Source: Antedon mediterranea
Taxonomy: Eukaryota; Animalia; Echinodermata
NCBI RefSeq assembly: GCF_964355755.1
Contig: NC_092680.1
Span: forward strand, 16,563,045 to 16,627,044
DNA: 64,000 nt
Direction: 5' to 3'
A program made the translations under genes and the position numbers. The notes below the pieces were generated by a model that searched no databases, was not told the origin of the DNA, and was given only the letters and a program-made list of their open reading frames with translations. Below are positions 47,297 to 60,253 of the stretch, in pieces (the stretch's first letter is position 1; each line of letters begins with the position of its first letter).

Positions 47297-49371
47297 TCAC
47301 ACCTTTTAAACAGTAATTTAAAGCACATAGGTTTCTTGTTGTTTCTTATTAATTATTCATTAATTACATTTTGTGCATTATGAATATAGTATAATAATTG
47401 GATTAGGTCAAATATTATAATCATTATGTTTGCAGTGAGTGACGTAAGTCATCAGGATGTTTTCTCGTTATTTCCACGAAAAGATACTTAGGCTATATAG
47501 TCACTCTGGATGTATACTGTGCCTACACTAATCATGGAGGAATCCATAATTCTCAACCTTGTTGGATTAATTTTCATCGAAAATCATGCATAAAATCTTG
47601 AATTAATGCATTTATGTCTTTCTCCGAAAGTAGTTTACCTAAAATAGTCTTGTAGTAATATTTGCATTCAGATTTTACAGAATATTGTGGATGTTTGTGA
47701 TTCTTCATGTAATTTTCCATGAAACAATAAATTAATTATCGGTACTATATACTGTATCTAGATGTCTCAAGTATCATAGGAATGTGTTCACAAAGTTAGT
47801 ACAGACATATTTTGCATAAGCTGATGAAAGTCTTGTTATAGAGTCACAAATGTTTTGTGATTTGATTTCTATACTATTATACCAGGATAGTAGCGTAAGA
47901 ATTGGGCTTTTAACAAAAATGTAAGAGCTAACACTTATTATACCAAGGCATGTAAGCCTGAAACCAACTTTTACCGTTGATAAACCTACCAGAAACAAGT
48001 GTCCTTGCAAGTGACTCAATGGCAGGAGGTAGACAGGTAGTTGCTGACACGAGATGGGTTTCAACAATAGCTATCCACAGATGATGACATTAAGACGAAC
48101 TTCAATAAGATATACCTTAATGGTATGTTTAATAATCAATCAGCAATACCACTATGCATTTTCAACTTAATACAAATTCATTATATTTCAAAATCTTTTA
48201 TGATAAGCAAAATGCATATTTTATTAATCATGATTGCTCTTACTATATACTTTCACATGCATTCATAAGAGAGGTAGGCCAACTATATCTTCTACTTGTT
48301 CCCTATCTGTGATTGTAACTAGTTAAAGCTCTTGTTCGTACTGCATAATAAACATACGGTACTTAACGCTGGTCGATATAACCTCCCTTGTGTACTATCT
48401 AAATCCATTATTAAAACATAATCAGGTTGTGTTTTTAACAATGATATATCATATGCCTATCATAACTTGATCCAACAGCAAACTATACTATAATAAAGAT
48501 CTCTATGCGTCTTGAATTGCGTTTTTGTTGTTTCTCACGTTCGTTTCTTATTTCCAATTTCTGTTTTGTAATAGGTCCTAACGAGTGGCAATCATGAAAA
48601 ATGAAGTATGTTTATATACAAGGTTTCTTCTTTTATCTTATTTATACCTCTCTTCCTTCCTTCCTTCAATCATTCATTCATTCATTCATTCATTTTATCT
48701 TTAATTCAGAATTTACAATCCATAATGTGCACACACAATGGAATAGCATATAGCACAATGTAATGGCATAGTACAATTGAATAAAACATATTATTCTGGC
48801 TAATGACATATACACCATTAAGATGATGTCTTTTAAATCTAATAATAATATCAATACAATGGTCTACCTTCTGACATGTCGTTGAGCCTGTTTAACGGTT
48901 AGTTTGTGGAAAGAGAAGAACAAATAGCCGCATTGAAATTATTATTATAGTATTGATTTTATATCATGATAATGATTATTACATTCCTCAGGCTTTATTT
49001 AGTTGTATTGGTATTTTAACTTATTATAGCAAATTTTCTTCTACAAAAACCACCGTTTCGGAAACATCTAACGTTAACATAAACAATAAAACTCGTAAAA
49101 TGGGACATAAATACTGTACAATATAAAAAAAAAATACAAATTCAAACTAAATGAATGTCAAATTGATATGACTTTGCCTCCATAGTTTATCATCTTACTG
49201 ACGTATTAACTAACGTCATAAAGGATGAAAATGGTATTTACGGTAACTCGTGTAAACACAAGGGATATATCTATCAATTCATGTCAAATGGCAATATGAA
49301 AAGCAAATCAGAAATGCAGCGATTTTGGAGATATATTATTATTTGATTCACCAATAGTTGTTATAGTTTAC

Positions 49372-49858
49372 GTTACCATGGTAATGTCGCGTATCCGGAA
49401 GACCTAAAAGTCTTATGACGTATATAAATATCTATGCCATTCGTATTCAATATAATACTTCATGCCTAATGATGGTTTGAGCGTATACAAAAAAAAATAA
49501 AAAATTTCTCCTCCGGACTGACTCTCTACGCGGTGGAAAATAATTGGATAACGGATAACAGTTAATCGCTGTGTCGTCATGCATGATTGTTTAATTTATT
49601 TACTAATATTAATTGGTTACTCCTATAATTAATTCTATGATTAAATGACGCATGTGGAATACTTGAATTTTACATTTCTGTACTTTACCAAGCATGTAAG
49701 TATTGATTGGTTTCAGATCATTGCGTCACAGATTTGATCATTGATGATGAACCGGAATTTTGTTAAAAATATGTCAATGCGTGTCCATGGTAACGTTTTC
49801 CACGCTTGTCATCTTTTAGTATCGATACGGTATAACGTGAATAAGTTGTCATGGAAAT
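49372..49858. promoter_or_regulatory. Candidate RFX X-box cluster with ETS, CRE and TATA motifs
   Basis: GTTACCATGGTAAT 49372-49385; CCGGAAG 49395-49401; TGACGTA 49416-49422; TATATAAA 49421-49428; GTGTCCATGGTAAC 49781-49794; GTTGTCATGGAAAT 49845-49858. Confidence 0.4.
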
Positions 49859-50316
49859 GATTTCCGAGTCTGCGGCCAACTAATTACTACCCTTTACGTA
49901 CGTCCACGCATATAAATGAGTAAAATCGATAACAAACGCGTTCGATGTTCAAGTTAACACACTGTTGATGATGAAAACAACACCACTTTGCGTTAGTGAT
50001 ATCAATGAATCTTACGTTGCGTCGATATATTTCTTGAGGTTATTTGTGATGTATCTGAAACCGATATCCGATTCCTAAAAGTGCCTCTTATATTATATAG
50101 AATTGCACACATGAGTATTCAAGGAATTAATGTAAGCTGTAAAGTTAACTGATGTATTAAATTTCTACTAGGTTTTAACATTGGTTTAATATAACAGACC
50201 TTAGCTTAGGATTTTCATTTGAAGGACATTTATTGATTTCAATAATGGCAAATGGCAGCAACACATAATGATTTAAACATTTTTAAAACTTCACAAGTAA
50301 TAGGTACTGTATATAA

Positions 50317-50576
50317 AGCTCTGTCTACACTATCAAACGTTATGTGACCAAACAAAAAATATGATGTGCCCATATATGGACATGATGAAATCATATCACT
50401 ACCATTTTTGGGGGCACATCACACTTTTTTTGTCAAACTAGATTGAAAGACTGCCCTGTCATGCAAGAACGTCTCAACTGACAAATTTTTCAAAACAAAA
50501 AATAGGATGTGTCCATGGACATGATGATGTCATATCACTACTTATTGTCAAACTAGTTTGTAGTGTAGACAGAGCT
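50317..50576. mobile_element. PIF/Harbinger-type MITE, copy 4
   Basis: taa|agctctgtctacactatcaaac...tagtgtagacagagct|taa. Confidence 0.85.
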
Positions 50577-51859
50577 TAAGACGAAGAAGTATTTATTTTT
50601 TTTAAAAATTTCTGGTTACATTATTGTCTTGCTTCTTTTGAAATAACGTTTTAGTTTCAAACTCAAGCGGATACAATTGACAAAATTCTAGCATAATAGG
50701 CCTAAGTACAACTTCATGTGGTATAATATATTATGCCACCATTTTTTTATGTATAAAACATTTTGAATGTTGAATTTTGTTATGTCTGATATTTTAATAA
50801 CTAAAATCTTTCAACCACGTACACTATATTGCAAAACGATCCGCTCTAACGAATCTTGTTTGTCCAAATGCTCCACAGGGAGTGTTCTATAATGGCATAA
50901 TAATGACATAATTAGTATTATTTATCTTAAGAACATGAACACATCCATATGCTGCTGAGAGAATCTTATGAAGACGTTTGATATTTATAATTACAGTAAC
51001 TGGGTTATTGTATGTTGTCGGACTACTGTGAATAAAATTAAGGCATCTTATTAATATCTCAATGCATACTACACTGTATATACACGTTGTACTTTATATG
51101 AATTCATTAATAGAGTGTTGCTTTTATCACGGGTACATACATTACTTTTTATTATATTGACACGTATAGCCACTTGATATTGGTTTTAAACCAGTGGAGA
51201 TATAGTGTAAATATTTAATGACAACGCTTTAAACTGTCTTTAAAGCACGTGTGCACTTTGAAATGTCGTAAGGACACATGTGCGTTTGACATATGAACAT
51301 TTAGGCTGAAATTATTTTATATATTAATTCAATTGATCCAACAATACCAATATACAATTTCATTCATGGTTTTTCCATAAAAAAATATACCTACCATTTT
51401 AACAATTTGGTTTACCGTAGACAAAAATAATTTTTTTTATACATATAGCAAAGGAACATGAGTGGCGTTTATTGTACGAAACTTAAGTATATTAGTGAAA
51501 TAGTTAGGCATTACATTAAGAGGAATGGTATATATATATTTTAAGTATATAAGACGATTTATGGTTTGCATTTTTACACTATGTTATTCACGGGTTATAC
51601 ATTCAGTAGGCTAATATTTTATGCGTCGTCGTAGGCGTAATGAAAAAGAGTTACATTGCACCGTGGTCTACGCAACTTAGGGCAATTATACTAATCATAA
51701 TAGGCTATTTAAAATGAAAATATCAAATGATAAATTCCGAAAACGAAAGGAATGATATTTAATCCAACACGCCATATTTTATGTCACACTATGATATTTG
51801 AAAAACTCATTTAAAATACCAAATCAGCCTGCTATATTTATACAGACAAAAGACTGAAA

Positions 51860-52475
51860 GTGAATAAAGTATTTAACTCATCGATTAACTCCCTAAACCA
51901 ACCTCAATTTACAAATTTATTCCAACCAAACGCATCTTTTCACAATTATAGAACTCGAACTGTACAGGATATGCATATCCCTCTTCATAAAAAAACTTCA
52001 TTTCAATATAACTTAAGATTTAGTGGACCTAAACTATGGAATAAACTACCTTCAAATATTAAAGTTGCTGTATCTAAGAAAAGCTTTTCATTTAAACTTA
52101 AAAGATATATCACATCCAAGTATTAATTTTTTATTATATTACATTTTATGATAATAATGTTAATGATGAGTAGCAAGAAGACGACGAACCAATTCTTTAT
52201 TTATACCAAAATTGTTTTTTTTTTTGTTATTTTACTTATTTAGTTTAACCCATGTTATGTAAATTGTTTAATTGTTATTTATTTATTTTTTTAATTTATT
52301 TATTTATTTATTTATTTATTTTCTTTTTCCGTGTTGTTTTTATCTAATCTTTGTTTAGGCATGTCTGTCACAAGCTTTTTGCTTTTTTGATCATGCCTTC
52401 TTCAATCATATTACCTTTCTTTACACCATTTTGTTGACTGTTTTATTTTGAAGAAAAATAAATGTTACTTTGAAT
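51860..52475 (+). mobile_element. 3' fragment of a CR1/L2-group LINE (ORF2 C-terminus plus 3'UTR)
   Basis: HNYRTR..FSGPKLWNKLPSNIK..SFKLK is the typical ORF2 C-terminus. It is followed by a T-rich UTR, a hairpin aggcatg...catgcct and aataaa. Confidence 0.75.
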
Positions 52476-55400
52476 TATATTTCTGATTATGAATAAAACG
52501 TGCATGCTATACTAAATTAATACATAGGCCTCCCATTAAATTATTATTGTAACTATTTGAATTTACTCATCTTTGGCGTTTCATATTTATCGCTACTGCT
52601 GATCAGTTTTTTAGAGTTACAGTATCTTATTTAATATTTATATTGGTATTTTACTTAATTTACCATGAAATGCTGAAATGTTATTTTGCATGAATATTAT
52701 TCCTTCTATATTTATTCTACATTACGCCTACTTATTAATTGAACTTTGATTGTCACAAAACAAATTTCTTTGTTTTACTAATTGTAAGCCAAATGAGTTT
52801 AGTGTAGCTGCTGTCAAACCTACGTAATAAAGCGGTTTGTAGTTAGGCCTACGACATGTTACAAGGCAATTTACTAAAATACAGTAATTACCATTAGTGG
52901 TCATAGTTAATAACATCTTTTACCACCACACTAATGAACTTGCTAATTAACCCAGATTTATTCTTTGATCTTCCCTTTCAACGTTATGAATTTCCCCTAA
53001 GACTAATATCAAACATGTGATAATTTATTTATCACCGTTTTAATTTATTACAGGTGATAGTTTGTATTAAATCTATAGCTTATCAGCATTTGATATCGCT
53101 ACGTTGGTTTATAAAATAAAATATTCTAAATCGATAGTATCTACTGATAATAATGACCAATTACCTTGCATTAAAGCCAAAACTGTTACCAAAAAAACAC
53201 AAACATACACACCTTATTTCACAAAGGAAACGATCAATATAATCTGCTTCATGTTAGAACTGCTACATTTGTAAAGATCGTTGATTATTATTTAGAATTA
53301 GGTTAATCAATTTAATTCTTCGTTTATTTGAGAAATTTTTAGGACACATCTTTTTTTTTTTTTTTTGGTCACAAATTTTTAAAAAAATGGAAAATCAAAA
53401 TTCCATAAACCTATTAATATTACCTCTATATTTAGTTTTCAATTTATAATTTATGTAATTTTTCTGTAATGGAAAATATACTAGCTCGTTACAGATAAGT
53501 TGCATGTATTTGTATTATTATTATATTAATATTAAAATTGTATTATTTGTAATAATTAATTTAATTTATCAAAGAAAAGTGCATATACACATCTTAAAGA
53601 TAGTATACAAACAAAAACAAAATGTATTTGGTACTGCTTATGCAATATCTGTAAGATCTCTTGAAAAATTTAATTGAACCTCAGAGTACAACATTATCAT
53701 TTCAAATCTAAAATTATATCATTGTATTGTATAAGTTTAAGCCAATTATGTAGCCATAATAAGTTATAAATTGTGTTATTCTTTTATTACCTCCGCCTAG
53801 GTAGGCAATTTCTATCCATTTGGGTATCTGTTTGTCTGTGAACTGCATATAGGCCCAAGTTTCAATCCAAATTACACTAAACTGTATAACACCCAAACTT
53901 CTACTTTTACAGACTTTTTATCTGGCCAATCTTTCCCAATTCAATTTCGAAAGGGGTAACTTAGGGGAAAGATAATATCACAATTCACGCACAACTTAAA
54001 CAAAAAAATAATTTTAATAGGGTTTGAATCAGGTCATCATGGAAAGTTAAATACGTCTCATTATTACACCATGTTTTCACATTTTTTGTTGTAGCCACAT
54101 TTTTTTGTTTTTAATTTCGGAAAGGTTTTTTATGTAGGGAAGTTGTAACGTAGGTGAAAGTATTCAGTTTGGAATGCCCATCAATTGTGAAAATTAACAC
54201 TGAGAAACAAATACAGAAATAACTTGAAGTGGGACGCATGCGTACAATTGTGTCCCTTAGTGATATGATGACAAATTTCCTGTTTAATTATCAATTCAAC
54301 ACATTGAATAACACCATTTACCATGATAATATCGTTGCCACGACTAGAATTTACGTAATTTCGATTTATATTCTATTAGACAAAGTGCATTTATGCTATA
54401 AATAGATCTAACAACGCAGGCGGATTAGCTGAAAATAGAAACCCAATAATATACCCTAATTGTCACACAGTTTGTATTATTAGAATGTCATTCAATATAT
54501 ATTTTTTTAATGCAAATATCAGTATTTGAAGGTAGATAATTACACAATGTTTGTCTACGTTTACAAACTTTACCTCGTGGTGGTTTAACTTTTTAAATCA
54601 AACTATTTCATAAGAATGTTATGAGACAGACAGCAAACACAGTTGGAAGATGATAACATTGATTTTAATAGACGACTGGGTTTTAGACACTTGAAACATC
54701 TCTTCACACCTTACGCGACGAGACGTAGGCTATTTAGTTGTTGACCGTTTTCTAGGCCTAACTATACAGCGGAGGTCCATACAACAACATGTTTTTTTGC
54801 GAAGGGAAATGTTCCGTTGTTTGCTAATACTAATCTTGGTTTTTTTTTCTACAAACATGGATAAATAAGTAAATGTTAATTAAATGTATAATAACTAACG
54901 TTACGATACTAATTGATGAAGCGCCGCTGATTATAATTAAAATGTTGTATAAATGTGCGCTATACAAGTAATAATAATAATAATAATAACGTATTTTCTT
55001 CTCCGGAAAACCTACGTATTGAAGGAAAATAAATGATGTTTATGTTTTTCACAATATATATATTATATTAACACAGCTGTCTCACGAGCTTCGACGTGTA
55101 AAATCGAATCTCATTGGCAGTTGCGGAACTACACCTAACTTGTATAAATACCCATCTCATCGATCATAGTCAATTTTGTTTACCTCCCCGATGACTGAGT
55201 TCTAGCAGAGATTCTAGCATTCAATACTATTCGATATTTATAATGAGTAGACCAAATAAGGCAATTAGGCTTAAGGTGGTGTGATGTTGATGTCTCTTTT
55301 TTCATGGAAATCCAAATGTGGTAATGTATATATTTATTTATTCAAATTCAAACAAACTTGAAAGACAAGGAAATACCAAACAGGTGCTAATACATATACT

Positions 55401-57033
55401 AGTAGGTCAACCCAAAACAGATAACTTAATTACGATTTAAAATTAAAAAATCTACAATTGACCAACATACATTTTAGACATTGTAAAAATTGCAAAAATA
55501 AGTATTAAAATGATTATGTTTACTTTAGTTTGTTCTCTTCATTTACCTGATCGTAAGCCGAACATAAAATTGCATTTTCTCTCTACTAAATTTGTTTATG
55601 TTCAATCTAGTGATGTTGTGATCGCTGGACATACGGGTCTACTAATTCACAAAGAAAACTAACGATAGATGACCAATCACATATATTCCTTCTTAACAGC
55701 TTGCGACGCGCTGCATTAAAGTTAATTAACCATTTATTGAATAACCATTAATCCATTTGGTTCTAAGTAATATAAATTATTCTGAAAGGTTCATGTTATT
55801 CATCGTTTGTGAATTAGGATATTAAAGGGTAAAATAATCTTGTTGAATTATATAGATAAATAATTAAAACGTTTTAAGCTGCTACCGTCAACATATCCCT
55901 TAATTGAAAGTAGACAGATTATCAAAAGTCGCGTGCGTAATACATCACATCAAAAGTTGAAATCTGTATATTATAGATCTATCAATCTATGTAAGCGCCT
56001 AACATTACTAGCATTATTAATTAAAAAGTTGACGTTTAAAATATATATTGCTGTGTCTTCTTTCCTATGTTAGAATACTATTGAAATCACATGCAATTAA
56101 AGAAAATAGTCCTCTAACAAAAGAGGCATTTCAGCCTGCAGATGACAGCATAATTAACCGAATTACAATATACAACGTACCAATGAGAACGCATTTGGTA
56201 TCTTGTTTTTCTGCTGCATAAACGTAAACTACATCGCACTGACAAAAACATTACTCTTACTATTCCTTAGATGAAGCCGTCGTTTTGAATAAAAAAACGA
56301 ATTGTAAAAGAAGAAAGAGAACAACAAATCTATGTTTATTGTTTATACACGAAATTGATTATTCCATCTAGACTAACAAAATCTCGTTTATCTGTAAACC
56401 GCCAATGTAAACCATCCAATCGAACAAGCTTAGTATAAAATAAAACAATCTATTTAAAATAGAAATAAAGAAATATCTTTTACTTAAATATTAAGCATTT
56501 CACGCTTATTATTATATTATTACTGAGGCTTCATTATTCTCACTATTTCTTTTTGCCAAATGAGACAAATGAACTTCTAGGTCGTCATTTTTCTGCTCTA
56601 TATTATTATGAAATATATGTTTGTTGAATTTGAAGATACTATGATAATAGTTACCCATTTCAACACATTTGTCTAACGGAAAATAAAAAGCTGAATTTAT
56701 GTAGAAATTCCTTCAAAATTTATGTCTGCACATGTCTTTATTTTTCGTCCGTGTTCTCGCGATATACATGTAACAAACTTGTTTGTGCAATGATTTACAA
56801 TGCGACTCTTGCTGCATAAAGTTTGATCCCATAACAATTACTAGTAAGTTCGTTTCCATTTACACAATATCGTAATGTTTGTGTTTGTTAAAACAACGAT
56901 TATTCAGAAATACCTAGGAGCGGATAATTAGATTTCTAGTCTGTAAACTGTTTGTAAATTGTATAGTTGTTACTACATCCTGCTCGTGTCCAATATATTC
57001 ATTTTTCAAGTGTTCTCGAAAATACGTAAATAC

Positions 57034-57123
57034 TCTACAGCTCACTATGTCGGACGATTGGTCGGTCGATAAACACTAACTCAAATTTGATCACGCGACT
57101 GCAGCCATGTATATGGCCTTGTT
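57034..57123 (+). mobile_element. HINE/DINE-1-like element, copy 3
   Basis: ctctacagctcactatgtcggacgattggtcggtcgataaacactaactcaaatttgatcacgcgactgcagccatgtatatggccttgtt, with 3' hairpin gccatgtatatggc. Confidence 0.6.
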
Positions 57124-57150
57124 CGAGATCCTGGTAACCGTACAATTTAA

Positions 57151-57290
57151 AGCTCTGTCTATACATCAAACCCTATGCGACAAAAAGATGTGATGTGCCA
57201 ATATAATTATGGAAATAATGATGTCGTATCACTACCTTATAAGGGCATATCACTACCATATTTGGTCACATCACACTTTTTGTGTTACAC
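57151..57290. mobile_element. PIF/Harbinger-type MITE, copy 5 (right end missing)
   Basis: taa|agctctgtctatacatcaaa...atcactaccatatttggtcacatcacac. Confidence 0.7.
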
Positions 57291-60138
57291 TGACACCACG
57301 CCCTGTTTTTTAAGGTGAACAAAGGCTTTTTTGGAAACTTATCCGTGTTTATTGATAGCTTGTTTTCAAATTAACTATATATAGATAGATAATTACCAAA
57401 TAAATATAGATATGGTCTGAGTAGCAAATGGGCACCTGGAGTGTTGAAATAATACCACACCCACACGCACGTCATTTAGTTAAATAAAACTATGTGATTG
57501 ATATGAAAAAATGAAAACCGATTACCTAAGCGCATCTAATTCATAAAATAAATTTCCATCTGTATTTTGGACACATACATGCAGACATTAAACTCAGATA
57601 AAAAAATTAATCTACCGTATTGATATTCGTAAAACAATTCCATTTGTCCTATCTCATAATCTTAACAATTCTGAGAGGAAAAAAATTCAAAATCTATAAG
57701 CCAGGTAGCATGCTTCAATTGGGTTACCATTTAGATTGGTATCCGAAATGTTCTTTCAAACACAAAAGATACGGTAATGGTTATGCTCTGACAAAAATAA
57801 TAACTATGATGGTAAAATTATAAAAATTTAATCCAAAGAACGAGTTTCATGAGAAAACAAAATGTTTCCGCGTGATTTGAAATCAATACGATTTAATATT
57901 ACATTGCATCAAGATTTTAGCATTATGTGTTGTATCTATTTTGTGAGTGCATTAGTGATTTAACAGTGTAATAGCATATCGGTGACGTAATCAGCAGAAC
58001 CCAAGGCTACTGTTCCTATATTATACATTTAGACTAATTTAATCAAACAACAACGTGTTTTATATGTGCATTTAGTATGTATTGATTTTACAAATTACTG
58101 CCGAGGATCAAAAGTTTTTTTTTCGCCTTGGCGGTATTTTTGAATCGGTTGACGTTGTGCGTGGGAATGTAAAATCGGTTTTTGATACCGTGATCTCCCC
58201 TTATTATATAATGGTTGAAGTATGAGAGATGATATGTTATTTTCCCGAAAGAAGGATGTATGCCTAAACGCTTTGTTGAGCTAACGTTGTAAGTAGATAT
58301 TTAAACTATTCTACCTTGATGCTGTTGCATATATTTATAATATAATACCGATAATATTATTGTACTGAATAAACTTACCATGTTAAAGTATATTGAACAT
58401 GTTATATTGCATCCATAGTTGGTGACGTAATGGTTGGTGTGATTTCGGTTTTAAGTTAGTAACTTGATTCAGTTTTTTCCTCTTCTAATGTAGACATTAT
58501 GTATTCATGCATTCATCTTTTTATTTCGGAATACCATGATGAATTAATATATCCATAGCAAAAAACAAGGAACTTAATCTAAAAAATAATTGTACAGATA
58601 AAAAAAATAAGGTTGTACAAAATAACAGACAAATATATAAATATATAAAGTCAATGCAAGAAGGCATTCTACTGTCTATGTATTCTTGACAAATTAATGG
58701 CCATGATCAAAGAATTACTACTTGAGTTCACACAATTTGTTTAACTAAAAACAGATGGAACGTCATTTAAAACAAACATGTTAGCACTATAATTTCTAGG
58801 CTGCTTCAGCAGCAAACGCAAGGCATTGTTATAGAATAGTTTCAATAATCTCAAAGCGCTCTTATTGTAGGCCTATCTACACCATAAGGTGAACAGTACA
58901 TGCTGACACACACACAGTCGTAGTAGAACAATTACCAAACTTTCTACTTAGAGAATTTGACCTAACTAGATGGTACGCTCCCTTCGCTCGCGTACCATCT
59001 AGGTCGTGCCCATAATACATGTCGTTTACAGGAACGAATAAATAGACACTGATTTATGTACTCAACTAAAATTAGCACCCTGAGAATTACTTCCGAAAGA
59101 GAAACTTTTCACAAAATGAGACCAATTGTTTAATTCAAATTTAAACAAACTTAATTTGTGTTTTGTCCTCTACTGGCTTTACAACGCCACTCATGCCAGT
59201 GAGGGAAGGGTGATGATGTGGGTGGTTTAAATGCAATAATAAAGATTTGTACATAATATACGGCGACTGAAAACGCTAGCTCATTATCCGTTAAAAAAAA
59301 TTATATCCAACCTCTGCAGCACAGATTGAAAAAAAATGGATCGAATTTCTGTTATGAGTATACAGTCAAGACGGACATCCATTAGACAGTGTATACCACG
59401 ATCGAAAAACACCCCTATTTGGGGCAAATCGTTGAACCTAAATTCGTTTTAATTGTCAATAACTAATTATCTAACTCAATTTAATTAGTAAACAGGGTTA
59501 CATCAGGTGGTTAAAATCAGTACCGAGATTCTAACCAACTTTATATACCATCGAGTAAACATTCTAGAAAAAACGCGCGATTTACCGAATTTTGCCCTTA
59601 CGTAAATTTATATATAGATACACATAGATTGAAATTGACGTTTGATGTCACTTTCATCACTCAGATTGTTACTGATCACATGACCAAGTTAGGTTATGGA
59701 ATTATCAAAGTTTAGTGGTGCCCAATTCAAGTTATATAATACACATACATACACGGTATGATGAAGAAGATAAGTAAAAAATATTATTTCTGGAAATCAA
59801 CATGATCCTATCATTTCTGCATCTATCATCGAACCAAAGCAATAACTAATTCTGTTAACCGAACCAAATCATTACCAATGCAAAAGTGTATACCATCATG
59901 TCCACGAATTATACTGCACCGTTGAGTAATGCAATATTATGTTATAAATATGTCGGACGTTCACATTTTCTGGTTGTCATCTAAGCATTAAAATATTTTT
60001 TTAATGAAAATTTAACTACTTTATATTAAAATTAAAAAATATATTATATATGGTTTTGGTTTTAATTTGAGTTGACTATTGATGGAATATTTTTACTTAT
60101 TGTTTTCAGTTCAGTTTAATTGTTATTTTGTAGGTTTT

Positions 60139-60253
60139 TCTACAGCCCACTATGTCGGTCGGTTGGCCGGTCGATTGGTCGGTCGGTTGGTCGGTCGTTG
60201 GTCGATAAACACTAACTTGAGCACGCGACTGCAGCCATGTGTATGGCCTTGTT
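60139..60253 (+). mobile_element. HINE/DINE-1-like element, copy 4, with expanded (GGTC/GGTT)n
   Basis: ctacagcccactatgtcggtcggttggccggtcgattggtcggtcggttggtcggtcg..gagcacgcgactgcagccatgtgtatggccttgtt. Confidence 0.6.
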
